Virus record (IMG/VR): IMGVR_UViG_3300023174_000042
Coordinates: 62,001 to 126,000 of that record
Length of the DNA stretch: 64,000 bases
Reading direction: 5' to 3' (one strand)
Position numbers and translations under genes: made by a program
Shown: one piece after another, positions 28,260 to 37,120 of the stretch
Layout: every line of letters begins with the position of its first letter
How positions within the stretch are numbered: the stretch's first letter is position 1
The notes under the pieces: generated by a model
The model's database searches: none
Told to the model about the DNA's origin: nothing
What the model saw: only the letters and a program-made list of their open reading frames with translations

Positions 28260-29039
28260 TTAAGTATTTTCTTTTTTATTTTCAACAACTAATTTAAATG
28301 TAAACATATAATAATTCTTACCTTTTTTAACACATTTATAAGGTTCACCGTTTTTAGCTTTAACTCTAACAGTATGTGCTGGAATCCCTAAATGTTTATT
28401 AACCTCAACAGCACTTTCGTATCTACCATATTCAACACCATTATTATCGTAAACAATAATATAACCTAACCATCTTCCGTTTTTATTCCCACTTTTTACT
28501 TCAGACCACAATTTCCTTTTTTCTGGATCTTCTAAACTTTTTTTTACACCCATAGATAATTTATCTTTGTGTTCTTTTGTATTTACAACTTTCTTTAAAC
28601 CATTTAAAACTTTTACCCTATAATCTTTGTTTTCCCATTTTTTTCTTGTTAAATCACTCATTTTTTTTCTATAATCATCTGTTAAATTTTTTTTTGCCGT
28701 TTCAGATAATTTTTTACGAGTAATTTCTTTTAGTTCATCACATTTGTTTGTGAATGTGTCTCCACCAGTACCACCGATAGTGTAATTATATCCATTTAAA
28801 ACTGTATCATATTGTTCTATATATTGAACTTCTAAATCGTTTATTTTATCTGAAGTTGTTTGATTGAGAATTATAAACTCAAAATTATCCCATCCATAGT
28901 GTAGAATTGCATCATAAAGTTTGTGTCTTTTTTTTCCAACCAACATTTTATGTTCGGTTAATCTTTTATTTGGTCTTTTTGTTTTTCCAATGTATAGTTT
29001 ACCATTAATTTTATTTTTTATACAATATATATATTCCAT
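28260..29039 (-). mobile_element. Free-standing GIY-YIG homing endonuclease (Seg-like)
   Basis: YIYCIKNKINGKLYIGKT...RLTEH...YGWDNF...LE...GYN-x3-GG, then basic NUMOD-like repeats and a C-terminal HTH-like segment; start placed at ATG 29039 behind GGAGG (track uses ATG 29051). Confidence 0.9.
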
Positions 29040-29041
29040 AG

Positions 29042-29076
29042 AACCTCCCATTTATTTAATAAATATCTGGGAGGTT
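29042..29076 (-). promoter_or_regulatory. RBS-sequestering hairpin with a late promoter in its loop
   Basis: AACCTCCCA (29076-29068) pairs with TGGGAGGTT (29050-29042); loop contains TATTTAT (29065-29059). Confidence 0.8.
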
Positions 29077-29099
29077 GTGAAATTAAGTAAAAATCATTT

Positions 29100-30965
29100 T
29101 TAAAATTCTGAAACAGTACAAGCTCCACCAGCACAAGCCGCTTCACCACTAAGATTTGTATTGTCTTGTAATTCAATTACTTTTGTTAGATCAACATTAT
29201 TTAATGTTTTTAACAAGTTTTCGAATTGTTCTTTGGTGCAATCTTCAAAAGGTGCTTGTGTGTAAGTTCCTCCGTTATAAGGTAATACCGATAATCCATT
29301 ATAAAATTTTCTTGATTTCCACATCCATTCTCCAACTTTTTCCCACTCATCTTCTTTAATTGATACAGTTGCAGAAACGTTATGTGTGTTTTGTCCTGAT
29401 CTATGTCCAGGTTTAATCCACTCTTTAGATACTTTTTTAACTCTTTCTAACATTTGAAAAACAGATTCATATCGTAGAATCGATCCTTCTGGTGCCTTTT
29501 GAGGAATTGTAATTACTGCCGTATCATGTGGTCTGAAATATTCATCTTCAATAAGTTCGGGGTGGTTGATTGCAAGATAAGAATAAATTGCTTCATTTTT
29601 TCCAACACGAATTCTTCTTAAATAATAGTCATTGTGCCAAGCGTGAATTCCTGATGAGGTTCCTAAAACCAAAGATGAAGTTCCTGATGGTTTAACTGTG
29701 GTTGTTCTTGCCGCTTTATTAATTCCAATAATTTCAGATACTCTTTCGTTTTCATCTTTAACTGCTTGAGCCGCCGCTTCCATATCATAACCTAAAACAA
29801 CTCCCGAACCAATTCCTGTCATACCTACACCGATAAGAGCATCTTTTTCTGTTGTTCTTTTCCATACATCACGAAGATAATGAAAATCTGTATATCCTGC
29901 TTGTAATGTTCCAATGAACGCCGCTCCTTTAACTCTTTTTTCAAAATCTTCTTGTGATTTGATGTCTGACGCATTTACTTCACACAAATTACAGAATTGA
30001 TAAGGACGAAGACCGATTTCACAACAAGGATTTGTTCCCCAATCTTTATCGTTTGATAAATAAATTCCAGGTTCTCCTGCTCCTGATAATTCAATTCTTT
30101 TCCACAAGTCCATAAAATATTCTTGTGTTACTTTGTGACGAAGAAGAACCGCTGAATTATTTGCTCTTCCTCGTTGTGGATTTTGTTCCCACCAACTTCC
30201 ACTTTTACATGAAATCATATCATCATCATCGGCAGAAAATAACGAAATAAGAGCCGCTCTTCTGATACCTCCAGCCAATACTGCGTCTGCAATATGACAA
30301 ACAATATCATGAGTTTCAATTGGTGTAAGTTTTTCTCCTTCAGTTTTATTTTCAAACACTTTTGTAATATGGTGAATACAATCTTTAAGTGGTTGTGGAC
30401 CTGGAGCCTTTCCTCCTGATGTTACTAACAAAGCCCCTTTTTGTCTAATGTCTGAAAAATCAAAAATTGGTGTTGAAGATTTTAATCCAAAATAGGATTC
30501 TACTAATACTTTAATTGCGTCTGCCCATCCTTCAATAGAATCACCAATCAAATATCTTCTTGTTCTACTTGGGTTAGGTTTTTTTATTTCAGGTAATTTA
30601 TCAACATGATGTTTTTGAACTGAAAATCCTACTCCGGTTCCTCCTAAAAGTAAAAACATTGTTTCTGAAAAAGCATCCGGATGGTCAATTGGTAAATAGG
30701 CGCAATTATAAACCCTATTTGGCGAAATTTCAATTGGTTTTCCTCCAAATTGTAAAGATCTCATAGAAGGAAGAATTTTTTTGTCATATACCATTTTATA
30801 AACTTCCTCAATTTCTTCTTTAATTTGTGGATATTTTTTTTGATGCATTTCTTTGTTTCTTGTAACCAACTCTTCCCACGTTTCTCTTCTGTTTAAGTCA
30901 GGAACAAATTTTGCGTATTTCATATACACCGTAATGTCGCTCAATATTCTTTGTGAAATGTCCAT
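29100..30965 (-). CDS. nrdJ: Class II (adenosylcobalamin-dependent) ribonucleotide reductase, monomeric RTPR type
   Basis: LPSMRSLQFGG, YNCA, GGIRRAALISL, TNPCCEI (NxCxE), TTVKPSGT, C-terminal CAGGAC redox pair; no ATP cone. Confidence 0.92.
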   Translation of the reverse strand: MDISQRILSDITVYMKYAKFVPDLNRRETWEELVTRNKEMHQKKYPQIKEEIEEVYKMVYDKKILPSMRSLQFGGKPIEISPNRVYNCAYLPIDHPDAFSETMFLLLGGTGVGFSVQKHHVDKLPEIKKPNPSRTRRYLIGDSIEGWADAIKVLVESYFGLKSSTPIFDFSDIRQKGALLVTSGGKAPGPQPLKDCIHHITKVFENKTEGEKLTPIETHDIVCHIADAVLAGGIRRAALISLFSADDDDMISCKSGSWWEQNPQRGRANNSAVLLRHKVTQEYFMDLWKRIELSGAGEPGIYLSNDKDWGTNPCCEIGLRPYQFCNLCEVNASDIKSQEDFEKRVKGAAFIGTLQAGYTDFHYLRDVWKRTTEKDALIGVGMTGIGSGVVLGYDMEAAAQAVKDENERVSEIIGINKAARTTTVKPSGTSSLVLGTSSGIHAWHNDYYLRRIRVGKNEAIYSYLAINHPELIEDEYFRPHDTAVITIPQKAPEGSILRYESVFQMLERVKKVSKEWIKPGHRSGQNTHNVSATVSIKEDEWEKVGEWMWKSRKFYNGLSVLPYNGGTYTQAPFEDCTKEQFENLLKTLNNVDLTKVIELQDNTNLSGEAACAGGACTVSEF

Positions 30966-30994
30966 TTTTTTTACTTTAATTATTATTTATTTAT

Positions 30995-32374
30995 TTAATT
31001 TTGAGAGTCTTTTTGTTTTCTTTTTTCAAGTAACTCTCTAACTCTTTGTCTTTGTCTTTCTTCTTTTTGTTCTTCCAAACCTAAAAAAGTCATAGAACTT
31101 TCAGTATCTATCTCTAACATGGCGTTATCAAATTTACAATTTTCAAATACAACACCATCATCACCTATTCGAGACTTTGTAATTGCTATTGTTGCCAATT
31201 TTAATTCTTTTTGTTGTAATGTTTTTGCCACCGAAATAATTACGTGACCAACTTGTGCTTTTTTAATTGATCCTCCCATTTGATCTGTCGTTACAACTTC
31301 AGATGATATTGAAGATCTATTTCCTTGAGTTGCTGTCCATCCAACTAAGTTCATTTCGTGACACATTGCTTCAAATGCTCTCATTACAGATCCTTCACTT
31401 TTCCATTCATCACCTAAGTTTTTGTCAGGAACAATACAATCAATATAATCTAAAACAACCATATCAATTTTAATACCATCTGAAACCATTTTTCTGATTT
31501 GATTTTTAATTTGTAACATCGTCAGAGTATCAGAAGGAAGTTTTTTCAAAATCAATTTGTTTGGCATTGTTTCTTCAATTTCTTTAACTTTTGACATGAC
31601 ATCATCTTTTTTTTCTGACAAATCGTCAGGGTGTATCTTTGTCCAAAGTGTAAAATGCTTTCGTTGAATTACTTTCGAATTGTCTTCAAAAAACACTTGA
31701 AGAACGTTAAATCCGAGATTAAATGCGTGGTTTGATATTTTGGTTAAAATGGTTGATTTACCCACACCAGTTGGGGCTAAGATAACACCAATTTCTCCTT
31801 TGGCTAAACCACCTTTTAGTAGTCTATCAATACCAGGTATTCCCATCGGAATTGGGTGTCTGTAATCTTCTTCAAGCACTTGATCGAGGTTTGAAAATAC
31901 ATCTAAAATTGATGTATCTTTTGACCCCACCTGAAGAGCGGTTTTAACCATTTCTTCAAGGGTGTCATAGTTTTCAAACTCTCCACCATCAATGATCTTT
32001 TGAGCCTTCCCCATTACCTTTTGAAGTTCTTGTTGTTTACAAAATTTTAAGGCCTTTTCTTGAACGAAAGCCACGCCATCGATAGGTGCATCTTTAATTT
32101 TCTTAATTGTATCTAAAACAATTTTGGATGCTAATGCTTGTTGTAGTTCTGATTTTGTAATTTGTTCTAACGTTTCAAATGATGGTGTGTGATCGTATTT
32201 TACATAATACTCGCGGACCATTTGAATTATAATTTTGAAATATTTGTTTTCAAAATAATTGTTATCAATCACATCAATTATAGATTGTGAAAAGTCTTTA
32301 TCTACAATAATTTGATTTAATAATTGTAATTGAAAAGTGTTTCCTAAGTATTCAAAATTTTTTGTTGTCGCCAT
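30995..32374 (-). CDS. dnaB: Replicative helicase, DnaB/gp41 family
   Basis: Walker A LAPTGVGKST, VVLDYID, WTATQGNR, KSRIG. Confidence 0.92.
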   Translation of the reverse strand: MATTKNFEYLGNTFQLQLLNQIIVDKDFSQSIIDVIDNNYFENKYFKIIIQMVREYYVKYDHTPSFETLEQITKSELQQALASKIVLDTIKKIKDAPIDGVAFVQEKALKFCKQQELQKVMGKAQKIIDGGEFENYDTLEEMVKTALQVGSKDTSILDVFSNLDQVLEEDYRHPIPMGIPGIDRLLKGGLAKGEIGVILAPTGVGKSTILTKISNHAFNLGFNVLQVFFEDNSKVIQRKHFTLWTKIHPDDLSEKKDDVMSKVKEIEETMPNKLILKKLPSDTLTMLQIKNQIRKMVSDGIKIDMVVLDYIDCIVPDKNLGDEWKSEGSVMRAFEAMCHEMNLVGWTATQGNRSSISSEVVTTDQMGGSIKKAQVGHVIISVAKTLQQKELKLATIAITKSRIGDDGVVFENCKFDNAMLEIDTESSMTFLGLEEQKEERQRQRVRELLEKRKQKDSQN

Positions 32375-32404
32375 GTTTTTCTTTTTTCGTATTGATAAAT
32401 ACTA

Positions 32405-32854
32405 CTAGTTTTTGATAAAAGTCGGATAATAATAATTAAAATTTTTACCTGAAAAAATGTCAGTCAAACCAGCCATGATTGATTTTAACTTTGGGCGTAG
32501 GTCTACGGTGTATCTGACCTTTGGTGGGTATGGTTTTGCATCAAACTGCCTATGACAAATTGTCAGGTCGGCGACCTTTATTATTATGTTAAAGTTTTCT
32601 GGCCCATCGGTTATTGACGTATTAAGGATTTCTGGATTTTCCAAAATTTCATATTGGTTTTCCAACATGTATGATACAGACCTCATCTTTAAGTCATACA
32701 TAAGTTGATTTGTCAACATTCTAATATGATCATAAAACTCTACAGATTTATGAGCATTTTTGTTAAAACCTCTGACATTAAAAAACCTTTGAACTACGAT
32801 GTTCTCATTACACATTAACAAAAACTCTACTTTTGTTATATCTTGCTCTTTCAT
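32405..32854 (-). CDS. Hypothetical protein (149 aa) in the replication block
   Basis: Clean ORF between exonuclease and helicase with an A-rich leader. Confidence 0.7.
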   Translation of the reverse strand: MKEQDITKVEFLLMCNENIVVQRFFNVRGFNKNAHKSVEFYDHIRMLTNQLMYDLKMRSVSYMLENQYEILENPEILNTSITDGPENFNIIIKVADLTICHRQFDAKPYPPKVRYTVDLRPKLKSIMAGLTDIFSGKNFNYYYPTFIKN

Positions 32855-32870
32855 TTGTTTTTTTTTGTTT

Positions 32871-33878
32871 TTACTTTTTGTTTCGAAATTTACTTTTTTC
32901 TTTTCTTGTCAACTTTAAAAATGGTTTTAGAAAACTCACCCAAGCGTCGTCACCCTTCGGCAAGTATTTGAAAAAACCATCTTCCATCATCATTCGAATT
33001 AGATTTCTATGTCCTCTTCCATCGGGATCCATCGATTCGGAGTGATATAGTTTCACTAACTCTTTTTCTTCTTCGGTTAAGAGTGGATTTTCTAAATCTA
33101 CAAGTTTCTCGTTAATTTGAAAAAACTCATCGCCGAATATACCTTCTTTAGTTTTACCACTTAGAAGATTTTGAAGTGTGATATTTCCTTTATCTTCTGT
33201 TAAAAGTTTTTCACTCTTTTGTAAAATATAAGTTAATTCTACTTTTTGTTCAAGTAGTTCAGGAAACATTTTAATTAAAGTTTTCTCACCTAAATAAAAA
33301 ATCCCGTCAATATTATCGGAACTATCTCCAGTAAGAATTTTAACTATTTTTACATTATAGTAGGGGACTTCAATATCGTGTAATTTTATTTTATCTCCTA
33401 GTTTATAATATTTTTTTGTTGTTGGTGAATATATAGACACCTTTTCAGAAATAAGTTGAGTTAAGTCTCTGTCGCTTGAAAATATTGTTTTTTCTTCGTC
33501 TACAGAAACTTTACAATAATGCGCAATCAAATCATCGGCTTCAGCATTTTCAGTCTCTAATTGTCTTACAAACATCTCCTCGAGGTATTGTTTAACCCTT
33601 TGTTTTTGTTCTAAAAAAGATTCTTCTTTTGATTCTGTTTCAGAAGATTTACGATTTAACTTATATTTTGGGTATAACAATCTTCTTTTGGAAGACGATG
33701 TTTTAGAATCCCAAAAAACAACAACTTTATTGTAATTATGTTCATCTAAAAATTTTCTAAGAGTATTTAAAAAATGCCAAATGCCACCAACATGATTACC
33801 TTTATGGTAAAAATCTCTAACCCCATGGAATCCAACTTTTAGTAAGTTATTTCCATCAACTAATAATGTTTTTGACAA
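32871..33878 (-). CDS. 5'-3' exonuclease/flap endonuclease (T4 RNase H/PolI N-domain family)
   Basis: LLVDGNN, VVFWDS, YPKYKLNR, EADDLIA, SSDRDLTQL, LTGDSSDNIDG; TTG start. Confidence 0.9.
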   Translation of the reverse strand: MSKTLLVDGNNLLKVGFHGVRDFYHKGNHVGGIWHFLNTLRKFLDEHNYNKVVVFWDSKTSSSKRRLLYPKYKLNRKSSETESKEESFLEQKQRVKQYLEEMFVRQLETENAEADDLIAHYCKVSVDEEKTIFSSDRDLTQLISEKVSIYSPTTKKYYKLGDKIKLHDIEVPYYNVKIVKILTGDSSDNIDGIFYLGEKTLIKMFPELLEQKVELTYILQKSEKLLTEDKGNITLQNLLSGKTKEGIFGDEFFQINEKLVDLENPLLTEEEKELVKLYHSESMDPDGRGHRNLIRMMMEDGFFKYLPKGDDAWVSFLKPFLKLTRKEKSKFRNKK

Positions 33879-33899
33879 TTTTTTATTTATTAAAAATTA

Positions 33900-34907
33900 C
33901 TACTCTATTTCTTCTTTTTCTTCTTTCAAATCAAAATCACCTTCCATACCAATAATGTCTTTCCAATATTCAGCATAATCTTTTTTATATTTTTCAATAT
34001 TAGTTTTTTCTTCAACGGTATCTTTACCAGCAATAAATCCGTGTGGTGTTACGATAATTTTACCATCATCATATCCCAAACCATTGATATGGTTTTTCAT
34101 TACAGAAATTTTTGTTCTTGATGCAAATTTAATTGTTCGTTTATCTTTAGTTGCGGTAATTTTAGTAGTGCCAGCATCTTTTTGATTTCCAAATAAAAAT
34201 ACTAATGATGAGTTTAACCAAATTGCTTCACCACCCTTGCTTTTTATTTTAGGTTGTCCAAAAGGATTATCCGGAAGTTGGACCCAAGGTTGGTTGACAA
34301 CAATCAATGTATTTTCATACTTTGATTCCGATTTTCTTGATCCTGAAATACGTTGATTAATACCCATACCAATTTTATCTGCCAACGCCGCCGCATTGTG
34401 TTGTTTTCCTCCACGACCTTCAAAAGTCATTTTACAAGGAACGCTCCCAACTGAATCCCACATTATACAAAGTGAATAATCTAATTCACCTTTTTCTTGC
34501 GCATCCAATAGATCATTAATATAGTCAGTAATTTGTTCAATATAACTAAAGTTATTATTAAACAAAAAGAATCCATCCCAAGTTAATTCACCTGTTTCTT
34601 CATCAACAACTTCTTCACATTCAAATCCCATAAGTTTAGCATGTTCAAAAGACCATTTTTGTTCTGTAATAATAAACACAGGTAAAATACCTTTCTTTTG
34701 AGCATCCACGGCCGTTTTAACCAATGCTGTTGTTTTTCCTGTGTCTGAATGACCTAAATACATGTTAAGGTGTCCTATTGCGGGTCCAGGTAAACCAACC
34801 GCATCCAAGAAATCAGGACCAAGATCAAAAAATCTTTGTGGTTTGTATTTTGCGTCCGAAGAAAACTTTTTCTTTAACGAACTAAAATCATTTTTTTTAA
34901 GTGCCAT
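33900..34907 (-). CDS. uvsX: RecA/UvsX-like recombinase
   Basis: Walker A GHSDTGKTT, Walker B WDSVG, VVNQ, GGEAI, KNHING. Confidence 0.88.
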   Translation of the reverse strand: MALKKNDFSSLKKKFSSDAKYKPQRFFDLGPDFLDAVGLPGPAIGHLNMYLGHSDTGKTTALVKTAVDAQKKGILPVFIITEQKWSFEHAKLMGFECEEVVDEETGELTWDGFFLFNNNFSYIEQITDYINDLLDAQEKGELDYSLCIMWDSVGSVPCKMTFEGRGGKQHNAAALADKIGMGINQRISGSRKSESKYENTLIVVNQPWVQLPDNPFGQPKIKSKGGEAIWLNSSLVFLFGNQKDAGTTKITATKDKRTIKFASRTKISVMKNHINGLGYDDGKIIVTPHGFIAGKDTVEEKTNIEKYKKDYAEYWKDIIGMEGDFDLKEEKEEIE

Positions 34908-35128
34908 TATAGATCGTAAATTTTAAAGTTTTTAATTGTTTCTAATTTGTCATTAGCATTTGTTAGTTGTTCAACTAAATTATCCATTTCTTCGGTGTGT
35001 TGTGGATGTTCTCCAATTCCGACCGAATTTGTGAAATAAACATATAGTCTTGCTTCAGCATCTGCGATTTCTGCCTCATATTTTTTTATAAGGGCTTCTT
35101 TTAATTTTTCTGCAATAAATGAATTCAT
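34907..35128 (-). CDS. Small helical hypothetical protein (GIGEH motif)
   Basis: 73 aa, coiled-coil-like, coupled to uvsX by a TAATG overlap. Confidence 0.7.
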   Translation of the reverse strand: MNSFIAEKLKEALIKKYEAEIADAEARLYVYFTNSVGIGEHPQHTEEMDNLVEQLTNANDKLETIKNFKIYDL

Positions 35129-35152
35129 AATCTTTTTTTTAAAAATATAGAT

Positions 35153-35183
35153 AAAAAAACGGGAACAATAAACTGCTCCCGTT
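35153..35183 (-). terminator. Intrinsic terminator after the SSB gene
   Basis: Minus strand AACGGGAGCA-GTTTAT-TGTTCCCGTT followed by TTTTT. Confidence 0.8.
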
Positions 35184-35202
35184 AAAATTTTCTTTAATTA
35201 AA

Positions 35203-36066
35203 TTAGAAAGGTAAATCTCCGTCTACTTCATCTGACATCTGCGGATCTTCGATCTCATTGATGGATTTTGTTTTAGATGAACCTCCGATAGAAAGTTCTG
35301 CCGTTTCATCATTAGAATAAACATATCCACCTTTTTCTGAATCCCAACGTGGAGTTTCTCCTCTTGCGATTGCTTCAAGATATTCAACAGGTTTTTTTGA
35401 ATAAACATCTTCCCATGTCATTTCATCTGAAACCCATTCTGTTAATTGATCTTCATCTTTAGAAATTGGTGATGGGTCATCATACATTACAGTTTGAATA
35501 ACTGTGTAAAATGCTCCTTTTGGTGTTTTGGCTTTGGTTAGTTCCAAAATTAGATCTCGTCCTGTTGTTGGGTCTGTGATATCTCCTTTTGCTTTCCAAA
35601 TTGGAATGACTTTGTCTAAGATTCCTTCTTGTTTGTAGTTATGTTTGAATCTCCAAAATTTAACTCCATCTTGCTCGTTGTCTCGGTCAATAACTTTTAC
35701 AATGTAAAACTTACGAGCCTTGTATTGTTTAGCAAGTTCTTTGTCGGATTCTTTTCCTGTTGACATAAGTTCTTCATAAACTTCGTTAAGTGGTGAACGT
35801 TCGTTGTCGTTTTTAGCCGGATCATAAAACTTTTGCCACTTTCCGTCTACTTGAATTTCGTGAAACCAGACCTCTTTAAAAGGTGAAGATCCGTCTGTTG
35901 TAGGAAGAATACGAACTCGTCTCTGTCCTTGTTTTTCATTGTCTTTTAGAAGTGCCGCGAAATATTTTTTCATTCGGTCTTCTGAAGACATTTTTGTTGT
36001 AGTGTTTGAACTACTTTGTGATTTTTCGTACTGTGCTAGTACCGCGTCTAATGAATTTGTCGCCAT
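35203..36066 (-). CDS. ssb: Single-stranded DNA-binding protein, T4 gp32-like
   Basis: RVRILPT...PFKEVWFH, YIVKVIDRD...GVKFWRF, DITDPTTGRDL, acidic C-tail ending DGDLPF. Confidence 0.85.
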   Translation of the reverse strand: MATNSLDAVLAQYEKSQSSSNTTTKMSSEDRMKKYFAALLKDNEKQGQRRVRILPTTDGSSPFKEVWFHEIQVDGKWQKFYDPAKNDNERSPLNEVYEELMSTGKESDKELAKQYKARKFYIVKVIDRDNEQDGVKFWRFKHNYKQEGILDKVIPIWKAKGDITDPTTGRDLILELTKAKTPKGAFYTVIQTVMYDDPSPISKDEDQLTEWVSDEMTWEDVYSKKPVEYLEAIARGETPRWDSEKGGYVYSNDETAELSIGGSSKTKSINEIEDPQMSDEVDGDLPF

Positions 36067-36099
36067 TTGTAAATAAAAATTAAAGGTTTATGTGTTAAA

Positions 36100-36128
36100 A
36101 TTATAAGAGTAAGTAAATATATTGTCAA
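36100..36128 (-). promoter_or_regulatory. Consensus sigma70-type promoter for the ssb/replication block
   Basis: TTGACA (36128-36123), exactly 17 nt, TATAAT (36105-36100). Confidence 0.8.
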
Positions 36129-36140
36129 ATGTTGGATGTC

Positions 36141-36180
36141 AAAAAAAGTATTATAAGGTCACAGATTGTGACCTTATAAT
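36141..36180 (-). terminator. Intrinsic terminator
   Basis: Perfect 14-bp stem ATTATAAGGTCACA/TGTGACCTTATAAT with 3-nt loop, then a T7 run on minus. Confidence 0.8.
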
Positions 36181-36858
36181 TTAAGAATTATATCTGTTTA
36201 ATAAAATGTCGTCTTCATCTTCCATTGGTTCATTAAATGATTTTTCAATTTCGGATGGACTAAAATTTTCAACTTCGTCTTGTGTTAAAACGTATTCATT
36301 TTTTCCAGTTTTTTCCATTTCAGATTCTTTGTCTTTGAAAAAGTCTGCCAAGTTTTGCTTGAATGGTCCTGAATCTAAACTTCTTAACTGAAGTTTTTCT
36401 TGTGCTGTTTTTGGTCTATATTTTTCATACTTGGCATCCAAAGCATCAATTTTTTGAACCAAACTATCCATTTCGGACAATTTTTCTTCCATTTTTTTAA
36501 TTTGACCAAAAAGATTTTCAAAGTATTCTTCTTGTTTGTCTGCCATTGTTTTTTGTGAATCAACTAAGTCTGTAATATCTAATTCTTCAGTTTCTTCTTC
36601 ACCTTCTTTTCCAACTTCTTCAACGTCAGGATCTTTTTCAACATCAACAGGTTGTCCTTCGGGGGCTGCCGGTGGTGTTGGGGCTGCTCCTGCCGCGGGT
36701 GCCGGGGCCGCTCCTGCATCAGGTGCGGGAGCCGCAGCGGGACCACCAGGAGGTGGTGGAATGTCACCAGGTGCTGGTGGAGCGTCTTGTTCTAAAATAT
36801 AGTTATTGATCGATCTATATCTTCTAATTTCTTCTAATATTTTTTCATCTAATTTCAT
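36181..36858 (-). CDS. Pro/Ala-rich, acidic, coiled-coil protein (prohead core/scaffold-like)
   Basis: MKLDEKILEE...YILEQ leader, PAPA low-complexity tract, E/D-rich block, coiled coil. Confidence 0.55.
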   Translation of the reverse strand: MKLDEKILEEIRRYRSINNYILEQDAPPAPGDIPPPPGGPAAAPAPDAGAAPAPAAGAAPTPPAAPEGQPVDVEKDPDVEEVGKEGEEETEELDITDLVDSQKTMADKQEEYFENLFGQIKKMEEKLSEMDSLVQKIDALDAKYEKYRPKTAQEKLQLRSLDSGPFKQNLADFFKDKESEMEKTGKNEYVLTQDEVENFSPSEIEKSFNEPMEDEDDILLNRYNS

Positions 36859-36859
36859 A

Positions 36860-37084
36860 TTATCCGTTTAATAATGTTTTTATACCATTTTTGGTTTCCA
36901 CTTGAATTTTTTTAAAAGAATTTTTTGTGTTATCAACTCTTTCAATTAACCCATCTTTCATTCTTATTGTATAGCAATCTCCAGTGTCCAAGTCACAAAC
37001 TTCTTTATAGCCATCACCTTGATCTTTTTCTGAAACTCTTGTGTTTTTTCCCAAGTAGTTATCTAATATAAGTTTAGTATTCAT
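36860..37084 (-). CDS. Small hypothetical late protein (74 aa)
   Basis: TATTTAT at 37099-37105 upstream; VCDLDTGDCY Cys pair. Confidence 0.65.
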   Translation of the reverse strand: MNTKLILDNYLGKNTRVSEKDQGDGYKEVCDLDTGDCYTIRMKDGLIERVDNTKNSFKKIQVETKNGIKTLLNG

Positions 37085-37120
37085 ATTTAATTTTTATTAT
37101 AAATATCTGTATTATTTTAT

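Noticed and set aside
28260-30965. Group I intron or intein associated with the GIY-YIG gene or nrdJ/dnaB/uvsX
   Set aside because: nrdJ is complete through its C-terminal Cys pair before the endonuclease; host genes have normal lengths with no intein C-terminal HN/C motif; no flanking room for intron core structure
36536-36802. Overlapping small ORFs and GC peak as a foreign insertion
   Set aside because: Explained by Pro/Ala/Gly codons of the 225-aa gene; the alternative-frame ORFs are by-products
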